Virus record (IMG/VR): IMGVR_UViG_3300028603_000022
Location: 96,001-160,000 of that record
Direction: 5' to 3' (one strand)
Source of the DNA: a virus
Taxonomy: Duplodnaviria; Caudoviricetes
Length of the DNA: 64,000 bases
Part shown: positions 28,867 through 37,635 of the stretch, piece after piece
Numbering within the stretch: the first letter of the stretch is position 1
Layout: each line of letters starts with the position of its first letter
Notes under the pieces: generated by a model
Seen by the model: the letters and a program-made list of their open reading frames with translations, nothing else
What the model was told of the DNA's origin: nothing
Databases searched by the model: none
Position numbers and translations under genes: made by a program

Positions 28867-28926
28867 TGTTTTATTCGAACTCGAACACTAATTATTTCAT
28901 GGATTAATTCGAGTTCGAATAAAACA
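28867..28926 (+). promoter_or_regulatory. 19-bp perfect hairpin abutting the HNH start codon
   Basis: TGTTTTATTCGAACTCGAA/TTCGAGTTCGAATAAAACA; loop contains CTAATTATTT. Confidence 0.7.
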
Positions 28927-29490
28927 ATGAAAAAGTTTCATAAAATAAATGGGTATATATTAAGGTATAAACCTAACCATCCTAAAGCCTTTACTAAAGG
29001 TAAAGCAGGAAAGAACGGACACGAAGGTTATGTGTATGAGCACGTATTGGTGGCGGAGAAAAAATTAGGACGCCTTTTAGAAAAAGATGAAGAAGTTCAT
29101 CATCTAGACTTAGTTAGGTCCAATAATAGACCTAATAATTTAATAGTTATTCTTAAATCTGAGCACATGGCATTACATGCTTGGTTAGACAAAATAGGGT
29201 ATACATGTGACAACGTATCACATTTAGACAGGGAATACGAATGTATTCCTAGATGCGGATACTGTAAATTTCCTATAATGGATAAGCAAAAGCATTGTTC
29301 TAAAAAATGTCAACTCAAACATGTAGATAAAAAAATTGCGTAAAAAAAAGGCGGATAAAAATAAATTACATAAGTTGCTGTTAAAATATTCTTTTGTTAA
29401 AGTTGGTAAACTTCTGGACTTATCAGATAATGGGGTTAGAAAATACGCAATTAGATTGGGCTTAGACCCAAAGTATTACACACAATATAA
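28927..29490 (+). CDS. HNH homing endonuclease; C-terminal HTH lies in the +1 frame beyond stop 29343
   Basis: YVYEHVLVAE...EVHHLD..RSNNRPNNL; CxxC/CSxxC; A7 run then SFVKVGKLLDLSDNGVRKY. Confidence 0.8.
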
Positions 29491-29499
29491 ACGGGGTTG

Positions 29500-29537
29500 A
29501 TCGAAGGCCGAGGGTTCAAATCCCTCCGGGTTCACCA
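29500..29537 (+). pseudogene. 3' half of an interrupted tRNA
   Basis: AGGCC-GAGGG TTCAAAT CCCTC-CGGGTTC-A-CCA; pairs 6/7 with GAGCCGG at 28743. Confidence 0.65.
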
Positions 29538-29649
29538 AATTTCAAACAGGAGGCTAATGTGTTTAAACAAACACATAATTTCTTCATTAATGTTACTACT
29601 CCGATCATACGCGGGCCTCATAGGGAGGCACCGTTTATCGGAGAGTCAT

Positions 29650-29817
29650 ATGAACTTCAAACGCAAAAAACCGAAAAATGCTAGGGCAGGGTGTCTTATG
29701 TGTAAACCCCATAAAGTAAATGGGGCTTGTCCTAGACATAAAGATATGAAAATGGGTAATCTTCGCCGTTACCAGTCAGGTACTTATCAGATGCGTTGCG
29801 AAGGTATTAAGAATTAG
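29650..29817 (+). CDS. Small basic CxxCKPHK peptide
   Basis: SD GGAGAG inside a hairpin; 55 aa. Confidence 0.6.
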   Translation: MNFKRKKPKNARAGCLMCKPHKVNGACPRHKDMKMGNLRRYQSGTYQMRCEGIKN

Positions 29818-29824
29818 GGGAAAC

Positions 29825-30050
29825 CCTTACAAGTTCTGTCGGAAGAAAGTAGGCCATGACAGAAGGCTCGATCGACGAAATCTTCCTGCTTGTGAGATTA
29901 AGTAACTCTCTGACACTGTGGAAAGACTCTGACCCGCTGTAAAGGGAAACACGGAAAGGTAACAGGAGCCTTGAGTTTGATAAGTTGAAACCAGTCCGTC
30001 CTGTTCAGGTAAGCATGCGGATGCTGAGGATGGGTTCAACCTGTTTCTAG
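29825..30050 (+). ncRNA. Candidate structured ncRNA 3
   Basis: TTCTGTC/GACAGAA, AAGGCTC/GAGCCTT long-range, GTTGAA/TTCAAC; GC-rich non-coding. Confidence 0.45.
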
Positions 30051-30070
30051 AGCAGTATTTTAGTGTTAAA

Positions 30071-30101
30071 TAGGTGGAGTATTTCTAGGATACTCCACCT
30101 A
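30071..30101 (+). terminator. Hairpin/terminator
   Basis: TAGGTGGAGTAT...ATACTCCACCTA. Confidence 0.55.
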
Positions 30102-30120
30102 CTTAGGTTTAGAGGGTTAC

Positions 30121-30366
30121 ATGACACAGCTAATAGCTCATATAACCATTGTAGCTTTTCAAGTTTTCATGTGTCTCGTATCTGTTTTAGTAATATCTAC
30201 ACTGTTCAACAAATTCTACAAACGTAGATTCTACATAGAACGTAGCGGGACAATAATTAGAGGAACATACTGTCATCCTTTTATGTTAACTCTAGTTAAC
30301 TACAATCTTCTAATACTGATTGTAGCGTTATTCACATTAGGATTAGCTTTTCACTTCAACTGGTAA
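30121..30366 (+). CDS. Two-TM membrane protein
   Basis: Hydrophobic segments. Confidence 0.6.
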   Translation: MTQLIAHITIVAFQVFMCLVSVLVISTLFNKFYKRRFYIERSGTIIRGTYCHPFMLTLVNYNLLILIVALFTLGLAFHFNW

Positions 30367-30380
30367 AAAAGGAAAATACA

Positions 30381-30503
30381 ATGGCTTTGAAGAAGGGTAT
30401 CACTGTTAAGCACCGTACTTCTATCGGTAATTCAGCGTTTAGCCGACCAAAGAACAAAAGCAATACAAAGAAGAAATACCGTGGTCAGGGAAAGGCTAAA
30501 TAG
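30381..30503 (+). CDS. 40-aa basic peptide of the TSIG...YRGQG phage family (not in ORF track)
   Basis: MALKKGITVKHRTSIGNSAFSRPKNKSNTKKKYRGQGKAK; SD AAGGA. Confidence 0.7.
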   Translation: MALKKGITVKHRTSIGNSAFSRPKNKSNTKKKYRGQGKAK

Positions 30504-30839
30504 ATGGTAAAGAAAGTATCTACGAAAGTAACTGAGTCACAAACAAATCAGGTTAGAGAATCTTCGGATACCTATAGTTCAGTAGAGGCGTTATTAAAAG
30601 AAACGAGGCAGCTTAATAACGCCTTGGATGAAATTCTATCCATGCTTACACGTATTACCGACGAAGTTCAAGAAACCTATGTTGCGGACAGCGTTCCTCT
30701 GGTGATCCAATCAACACTTAACGAACGATTAGAACACGGTGTTAACGAAGTAAAATCTGCACTTCTTAAAGCTAATGCCATAAATACAACAATATATTGG
30801 AGTATTTTAGGTACTCGTGGTAGTTCAGAAGATAAATAA
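30504..30839 (+). CDS. Hypothetical helical protein
   Basis: 111 aa ORF. Confidence 0.6.
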   Translation: MVKKVSTKVTESQTNQVRESSDTYSSVEALLKETRQLNNALDEILSMLTRITDEVQETYVADSVPLVIQSTLNERLEHGVNEVKSALLKANAINTTIYWSILGTRGSSEDK

Positions 30840-30861
30840 ACGGCTACGACATTCTTAAATC

Positions 30862-30884
30862 AGGAGGGTTTATCCCTCCTTTTT
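30862..30884 (+). terminator. Rho-independent terminator
   Basis: AGGAGGG-ttta-TCCCTCCT then T-tract. Confidence 0.75.
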
Positions 30885-30954
30885 TGTGCCTATTTATCTA
30901 CATTATTATACTATTTTCACTAATTCTATATCATAAGACAATCGAGAAAACTCA

Positions 30955-32228
30955 ATGTCAGGTTTTGTAGAAGTTATTCAGTATTTTTCTCAAATATCAG
31001 CTGTTGTCATTATGATTAACAGCTTTCTTCTATTTCTGTGCTTAATGTCTATACGTCCTAACAACCGCAAAAGGGAATCCATGTATTTAGGATTCCTTCA
31101 AGGTCTTACAGAATTTAGCATAGGCGCTTGGTTATTGGTTTCAAGGCCAATCTTTCTTGATTTAGACTTTAGTTTCATAGCTACAGTTATATTTACATTG
31201 GTAGTGTTTATAGCACTGTTTATTCGTCTGTATTTTTTCATTGCTTTAAGATACATCTATTCAAGATAACTAATGCAAAGACCAATGTTGATACAACATG
31301 ATAGATTTAATAAAGCTAATTTCCGATCCATTGTTGAAAGATGGGATAGCGATTGTCGCTATTGTATTTACAGCTCTTTTTATATTTATAAAGCATCTTC
31401 TTAAGTTTCTTGTTAGTATTAGTAGTAAAAAAGAACCCGACGCGACAAGAATGGAAGCGTACTTGTTAAGATCAGTAGACAAGTATGAAAAAGAACGCAG
31501 AGTATGCTTAGAAGACCATAAAAAACTACAACTTGAATTAGCTAAAACTAACCACACATTAACTAAAATGTTGGTACAAATCAAAGTTTTGAAAAGCAGA
31601 ATTAGATATTTAGAGTTTAAACTAAGTGAAAACAACATTAGAGTCTCACCACAACTGGACAACTTCGATGATTAACGCAATCACTAATAAGTTAGACAGA
31701 TTTTCAAATTATTTAGCTGATATTGTGGATAATCTCCACATTCAAACCTTTATTAGAAAGATTTTAGACCTTATTATAGATACTAGTATACGTGCTGGAG
31801 TTATAGTTCTGATATTCTCTTTTACGCTCAACGTAGGGCCGGCTATTGAATCCAGATTCTTGGGTGTTTTCGATGAATGGCATGCTAGTAACTACGCACA
31901 ACAAGGTAATAAATGGACTTTCAACGTAGCAGCGTCTAATCCTTGGTATAGATTTAACTGTTTATACATATCTGAACAGACTGTAGACGCCAATGTGTTT
32001 ACAGTTAATGGTAGTGAAACTACAACTACTTATGGAAAAATAAACATACTTGATAGTGATTTAGCTTTGGGAAACAGCAGAAACCTGTATTCAGGTAAAT
32101 GGGAACTTGTTACAGATACACCTGTCCCAGCTAATTCTGTTATTACTGGTGTTTTGCATCATAAATGCCACGTTCTTTGGACTACTACAACTGTTTTTGG
32201 ACCCTTTCATATAATTTTAACTAATTAA
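30955..32228 (+). other. Three membrane-protein genes (30955-31269, 31298-31675, 31668-32228); possible holin/lysis-control cassette
   Basis: 3-TM, 1-TM plus coiled coil, 1-TM plus periplasmic domain with Cys pair; preceded by CTAATTCTAT. Confidence 0.4.
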
Positions 32229-32282
32229 TTTTTGTGTCTTACGGTAAAATAACCTTGGTAAGTAAAATTACAAGGTATTTAC

Positions 32283-33350
32283 ATGAAAAACTTGAAGCAA
32301 TGGTCGGTTAAGTACCGTCCTAAATCTTTTGATGATTTTCTTGAAAACGAAGTCGCGTCTGCTAAAGCAAAACGAATCATCAAGAATCGTGACGCGCACG
32401 CTATTCTTATTCATGGTAGCTCAGGAATCGGCAAGACAACTCTTGCTAGGATTTTAGCTAACGGTCTTACAGATCAAGCTACCGATATAGATGAAAAGAA
32501 TATGGCGGATGAAAAGGGTATCGACGCTATTCGTTCCCTTATAAAAACCTCCCAATTCAAACCACGCGGACAAGCTAGGGTATTCATACTCGATGAGGCG
32601 CATGCGATTCTTGGACAGAGCCAATCGGCTTTGCTTAAGGGGCTTGAAGAACCAGAGCACGATAGAGTCGTATGGATTCTATGCACTGATAAACCTCATC
32701 TTCTAAGTCCTCCGCTCCTTAATAGGTTGTACAAAATAGAGGTTGAGAGACCTTCTATTCAAGGTCTTGCCAAATACCTATATAGAATTGCTAAAAAAGA
32801 AGAAGCTTTTCCTAAATACGATAAGGAAAAAGTTCAGAAATTATGTAAAGAAGTAGCTACTGTTTCTGATAGAGTACCTAGAGAAGCCCTTCAATTATTG
32901 AAGGAAATATCTGATTCTCAACATGAGTATTCGTCTTTCAAAGAGCTTATTGTAAAAGGAATCAGGAACTCTACAGATAAGTCAGAAGATAAACTAGCTT
33001 TACAAGTTTTAATGGCTATTTACTCATCGGAGAAAGAAGCGGAGGAAAAATCCAAATACCTGACTAATATCCTATACGACAAAAACGTGTGGGGAGTAAT
33101 GGATAGAGTATCTTCTATCCATCATGATCTCATTAATCATATGAGCGGAATACGTGTTGGGGCAACTTTCTACCATATCAAAGAGTTGGAAGAAAGGAAG
33201 GCTGTTCCTGATATACGAACGGCCTCTATTGTAGCTTCTAAATTGGTGTCTATAAAGAACTCTCTTATTACTATAAATTCCAACATTGCGCATTATGTTC
33301 TTCCAGAGCTAATAAAAATCATATATTTTCTTGAGGAATCGGATGATTAA
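32283..33350 (+). CDS. dnaX: DNA polymerase III gamma/tau-like clamp loader
   Basis: KYRPKSFDD, GSSGIGKTT, ILDEAH, ALLKGLEEP. Confidence 0.85.
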   Translation: MKNLKQWSVKYRPKSFDDFLENEVASAKAKRIIKNRDAHAILIHGSSGIGKTTLARILANGLTDQATDIDEKNMADEKGIDAIRSLIKTSQFKPRGQARVFILDEAHAILGQSQSALLKGLEEPEHDRVVWILCTDKPHLLSPPLLNRLYKIEVERPSIQGLAKYLYRIAKKEEAFPKYDKEKVQKLCKEVATVSDRVPREALQLLKEISDSQHEYSSFKELIVKGIRNSTDKSEDKLALQVLMAIYSSEKEAEEKSKYLTNILYDKNVWGVMDRVSSIHHDLINHMSGIRVGATFYHIKELEERKAVPDIRTASIVASKLVSIKNSLITINSNIAHYVLPELIKIIYFLEESDD

Positions 33351-33774
33351 TGCTTTTCATATTGAAATGTCTACTTATTCAGATTTTCATGACCTAGAAA
33401 GTAAGCTTTATCAGGAATTGAAGTTTTTTAAAGTAGATAATGAGAAATTATCAGATTTATTCAATGAATTTATTGATCTTGAAATTAAAATGCGTAAATT
33501 TCACGATCAGTTTAGAGGAAAAACTATAAGCGAATTTGTGAATATAATAAATGGAAACTCTGACTGTATGATTCTTGATTGCACACATAGGGTTGAATTA
33601 TTAGCTTATGTGTGTTCTATACAACTACTATTAACAGCAATTTTGTATAACAAAGCTAACGATCAAGGTCTATACGTAGATATCCTGTTATCCGTCATGA
33701 ACCAATATAATTTTAGAGGTGATCCTACACCACGGTATTTTCAATGGGTTATTCAAAATAGCCAATATCATTGA
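33343..33774 (+). CDS. Hypothetical protein
   Basis: Overlaps dnaX stop; SD GAGGA. Confidence 0.6.
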   Translation: MINAFHIEMSTYSDFHDLESKLYQELKFFKVDNEKLSDLFNEFIDLEIKMRKFHDQFRGKTISEFVNIINGNSDCMILDCTHRVELLAYVCSIQLLLTAILYNKANDQGLYVDILLSVMNQYNFRGDPTPRYFQWVIQNSQYH

Positions 33775-33781
33775 GGTTAAT

Positions 33782-34450
33782 ATGTTTTATATAGCAGAAT
33801 CGTATAAATCTATGGAAGACCTCGACGTTTATTCAGAGTTTTACCCTAGAACTCCATCTTCTATGAATTTAATTAGTGTAGAAGAATCCAGCGTAGATAA
33901 AGCTAGTAGAGTATCAAAGTATCTTGCCTATCTAGGATTAAAATACAAAATTCTTGTGTTTCTGGATGAAGCAAAAAGATTTGATACCGCGTTGTATCTT
34001 GGTTTAGTAGAAAATGTGATTGATCTGTATGAAAATATAGATATGCTTGGGTTTTTCTATACATATGGATTAGTAAAAGAAGAATCAATCACCAAGCTAA
34101 CTATAAAATTAGATCAAAAAGATCTCAAACGAGAAGAAGCCATTGAATATTTAAAGATAGTTACCATAGTAAATAGTATATACCATGAACATGTCTATCG
34201 ACTAATAGGGGAAGCTCATCCTAACAGAATAATGCCTTTAGTGCTTAAAAACCCGATATTGAGTATCGAAGAAACCCTTGTTGAAACCTATTATTTATCG
34301 TATAAGATAGGATTAAAAACAGGTAAACTTGTGGAAAACGACGAATTACGCAATAGAGTGTTAAACGCTATTTCTACAATGGAGAAAAATAATATAACAG
34401 AGAAGGCTTCTTTTGTAAATAGAATATACCATTCAGATCTTTTGTTCTAA
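33782..34450 (+). CDS. Hypothetical protein
   Basis: SD GAGGT before ATG 33782. Confidence 0.65.
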   Translation: MFYIAESYKSMEDLDVYSEFYPRTPSSMNLISVEESSVDKASRVSKYLAYLGLKYKILVFLDEAKRFDTALYLGLVENVIDLYENIDMLGFFYTYGLVKEESITKLTIKLDQKDLKREEAIEYLKIVTIVNSIYHEHVYRLIGEAHPNRIMPLVLKNPILSIEETLVETYYLSYKIGLKTGKLVENDELRNRVLNAISTMEKNNITEKASFVNRIYHSDLLF

Positions 34451-34480
34451 AAAACAAGAAACTTAGTAAGGAAATTAGTA

Positions 34481-35137
34481 ATGTCTGTAATTCGTAATAA
34501 GCTTGAGAGTATTATTAAAGAGTTTGATAGAGTCGCAATACTTATTGATGGACATACCACGCATAACGCCACTCGCTCTATTGATATGAAGGTTGATTGG
34601 AATAAGTTTCAGACCTTTTTTACTGAAATTGGTCGAGTTCGCAACATTAATTATTATCTAACTGTAACCAACGTAGAAGTAGATTCCAACGAGTTTGATC
34701 TGGATATTGATACAGTTAAGCTAGTAGGAGAAGACAAACCTTGGTGGTATAGCGTTATAAATTGGATGAGCTATAATAATTTCAACGTAGTGTTGAAGCG
34801 TGGTAGAGAATTTACATTTTCTGATACTGGTCATATTGGTATTAAAACAGGTATTGATATGACTATTGCTCTGGATAGTATGAAACTGGTAAACGTAGAT
34901 CATGTTATTTTTGTAACTGGCAATACCGAGCATACAGAGATCGTTAAAGCCTTACAATCCAAGGGAATAATTGTTACTGTAATTGGTAATTCTCATAAAA
35001 GGATTCAAACCGCTATTGAATCAGGTAAACTGGAATTAAACGATGACCGACCATACCCGTTTACTGTATCTAAGCGGTTAATTAAAGCTTCTAACTATTT
35101 CATTGATTTTCTAGATCTAGCGCAGCACATTGAGTGA
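34481..35137 (+). CDS. NYN/LabA (PIN-like) domain protein
   Basis: ILIDG, KTGIDMTIALD, VTGN..H..IVKALQSKG, SKRL. Confidence 0.8.
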   Translation: MSVIRNKLESIIKEFDRVAILIDGHTTHNATRSIDMKVDWNKFQTFFTEIGRVRNINYYLTVTNVEVDSNEFDLDIDTVKLVGEDKPWWYSVINWMSYNNFNVVLKRGREFTFSDTGHIGIKTGIDMTIALDSMKLVNVDHVIFVTGNTEHTEIVKALQSKGIIVTVIGNSHKRIQTAIESGKLELNDDRPYPFTVSKRLIKASNYFIDFLDLAQHIE

Positions 35138-35366
35138 TATAAAGATAACTAAGAAACTAGTAGCCTCGCTGGTATGGTTAAAAGATAATCAACCAGCGGA
35201 AATCTTTAACTCTAAAGATGGACCTTCTTTGACATATGTAAAGAAACTAGTTAAATTAGAGTTGGTTGAGCCTAATAAGGAGCTAACACCACACCCTAAA
35301 TTTAATGGTGGGATAGTAAGTTATTCATTGACTAAATTAGGTAAAAAGGTACTAAAAGGAATATAA
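35130..35366 (+). CDS. Small winged-helix-like protein
   Basis: KKLVKLELVE...YSLTKLG. Confidence 0.5.
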   Translation: MSDIKITKKLVASLVWLKDNQPAEIFNSKDGPSLTYVKKLVKLELVEPNKELTPHPKFNGGIVSYSLTKLGKKVLKGI

Positions 35367-35369
35367 GCT

Positions 35370-35882
35370 ATGGAAAATCCTATTACTTCGGTACGCATTG
35401 AAGGAAATACTCTAGAGGTTCGTGAATCTGACAGGCTTGTTTCTGAATTTTCAGAAAGTGATACAATTATTAGCGTTGAGTTTAAAGGTCTGAAGCTGTC
35501 AAGTTCAGCGTCTTTCCGTGGGGAACGCAGCTCTAATTACACATTCGATTCTTATTCGGTAATAGTAGGTAAGCCTGTAAAGAGTAGTAAGTTTACCGTT
35601 AAAGAGTATAACAGCCTAGTTCGTGAAGTTGCGGTTCTAAACAGTGATAATCTTGATCTACAAAACCGTATCACTTCCATGGTTGAAGAAATCGATAACT
35701 TAAAGACAGCTCTTGAAGAAGCAAAGTCTTCACCAGACGAACCTGATACTTCCGATAAAGAAAAAGCTCTTATGGAAGAAATTGACCGTCTGAAGGCGGA
35801 TATTGTTACCTTAACTAACAAGAATAATAACGAATCCGCGGATAAAGACGACGAACTGAACGAAGACGAATATAAAGAATAA
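35370..35882 (+). CDS. Coiled-coil protein
   Basis: Heptad-rich acidic C-terminus. Confidence 0.65.
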   Translation: MENPITSVRIEGNTLEVRESDRLVSEFSESDTIISVEFKGLKLSSSASFRGERSSNYTFDSYSVIVGKPVKSSKFTVKEYNSLVREVAVLNSDNLDLQNRITSMVEEIDNLKTALEEAKSSPDEPDTSDKEKALMEEIDRLKADIVTLTNKNNNESADKDDELNEDEYKE

Positions 35883-35996
35883 AATTAGTAGAGAGTTTTT
35901 TCAGCCTTTCTTCTCTCTACTATAGGGCTGTTGGATAAAAGGGTCCAACAGCCCTTTCTGTTTCGTACATAAAAGTATTAACAACCTAATTCTATA

Positions 35997-36093
35997 GAGT
36001 AGAAGATATAGAAATCTCTGTATTGTCTACGTCATGTTGTTAATTTCCTTTCGTTTCCTTAGCCCGGTGGTTAATTCCTCCGGGCTCTTTTTT
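35997..36093 (+). ncRNA. Candidate ~95-nt sRNA with anti-SD tract
   Basis: Lies between CTAATTCTAT motif and terminator AGCCCGG...CCGGGCT-TTTTTT; no ORF. Confidence 0.4.
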
Positions 36094-36138
36094 GGTCTCT
36101 ACCGTAAATTAATAGTAGATTACATCAGGATTTTGTAA

Positions 36139-36972
36139 ATGTTGAATCTTATTTCATTGAATGCCGTTACAGAAGATTTAAAGATTGAACTTGGGGAATC
36201 TCTTTCTTCTATAAGCGAAGAACCTGTTCTTATGTGGATAGACGTGGATAAGCTATTCATTGACCCTTCATTCCAGAGAAAAATTCTACGTAATGGGCGT
36301 AGAAATATTATAAAGATTGCTACCAATTTTGATTGGAAGAAGTTTGGAGCTATTCAGGTTGCGAATTTAGGTGATCTATATACAATTGTAGACGGCCAAC
36401 ATAGAACAGTTGCTGCTGTTCTACGAGGAATCCAGAAGGTTCCTTGTAATGTCATCGTAGCTACACAGATAGAACAAGCCCTCGCGTTTGTGTCTATCAA
36501 TGCTAACATTACTACAGTGTCACCACTAATTACATTCAAAGCAGAAATTGCTGCCGGTGTAGAAAGTAGTGTAAACCTGAAAAGAGTATGTGAAAGAGCT
36601 GGTGTGACGATTAACTATTATCCGGTTGATTCCAAAACTATCAAACCGGGGTATACCATTGCTCTAGGTTGTTTGAAGAAATGTCTTCAAACGTATGGAG
36701 AAGACCATCTAGTGTTTTCTCTACGTAGTATCGTAGAGACAGCCGAAGACAAGAATCGTGGTTTAGTTAAAAACGATGTTATTAAAGCCTTTTGTCATAT
36801 TTATGATTTAGAACCTTCCTTAAAGATTGAAAACAGTATCCAACTACTGAAAAATCTACAGCTTCAAAAGATATACGACGATTCAGTAGCAGAATCACGT
36901 AGAAAGAGGGCAGTTTTTCAAACCTTGTCTATTAAACTCATGGAGTTCTTTGAAAATTCGGGGGCGGTATGA
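36139..36972 (+). CDS. ParB-like N-terminal domain protein (DUF6551-like)
   Basis: IDPSFQR, YTIVDGQHR, QALAFVSIN. Confidence 0.75.
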   Translation: MLNLISLNAVTEDLKIELGESLSSISEEPVLMWIDVDKLFIDPSFQRKILRNGRRNIIKIATNFDWKKFGAIQVANLGDLYTIVDGQHRTVAAVLRGIQKVPCNVIVATQIEQALAFVSINANITTVSPLITFKAEIAAGVESSVNLKRVCERAGVTINYYPVDSKTIKPGYTIALGCLKKCLQTYGEDHLVFSLRSIVETAEDKNRGLVKNDVIKAFCHIYDLEPSLKIENSIQLLKNLQLQKIYDDSVAESRRKRAVFQTLSIKLMEFFENSGAV

Positions 36973-37604
36973 ATGATAACTATGGTCTCACAGAACAAGA
37001 AGTCAACGAGTTATTTTGTAGTTTAAGACCTAAACTATTAAAATACGCTAGAAGTCTTAGCATAGAGTATTTCGAAGACCTAGTTAACACCACGTATTTG
37101 AAAGTGATCTTAAACAGAGACAAGTTTCAAAGGGGTACTAGCTTCAGTGGTTGGTGCTTTACAATCCTTCGAAATGCTTGGTTAAGTGATATTAGGAAAT
37201 CAAAACGTGAAGTACAGGATACTGATAACCAATTTAGCATGAATGTACCTGTAGACGGGTATCAAGAAGAAAGCTTCGAAATAGAACAATTGTCTATAAT
37301 AATGAAGTCATTAAATAAGTATGATAGAGACATAATGTGGAATTTAGGTGTTTTAGGGTTAACTTATGAAGAAGCTGCTGATAAATTAAGCATAACCATA
37401 GGTACACTTAAATCATCATACAGTAGACTAAAAGAAGATATACGAAAAGAATTAGAGCCTGAATCTTTAGAGAATAATGTAAAAGAACCTGTTAGTTCAC
37501 TAGAATTGAAAGTGCTACAATTACATGGTACAGGTATGACAGTATCAGAAATAGCAGAAAATACTGGTCTTAAACGCAGTGAAATAATGAAGTTACTGAC
37601 ATAA
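36969..37604 (+). CDS. ECF sigma factor, EcfG-like, with extra C-terminal HTH
   Basis: EDLVNTTYLK...FQRGTSFSGWCFTILRN...REVQDTD; LTYEEAA...GTLKSSYSR. Confidence 0.8.
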   Translation: MNDNYGLTEQEVNELFCSLRPKLLKYARSLSIEYFEDLVNTTYLKVILNRDKFQRGTSFSGWCFTILRNAWLSDIRKSKREVQDTDNQFSMNVPVDGYQEESFEIEQLSIIMKSLNKYDRDIMWNLGVLGLTYEEAADKLSITIGTLKSSYSRLKEDIRKELEPESLENNVKEPVSSLELKVLQLHGTGMTVSEIAENTGLKRSEIMKLLT

Positions 37605-37635
37605 TGGAAATTACTGACATAATAAGGATAACAAC

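Noticed and set aside
28778-29499. Group I intron in the tRNA anticodon loop
   Set aside because: The insert is fully accounted for by tRNA, hairpin and HNH; no recognisable P3-P7 core
29825-30050. RNase P RNA or tmRNA
   Set aside because: GAAGAAAGT only loosely resembles the RNase P CR-I and the other conserved regions are absent; no tRNA-like ends or tag ORF
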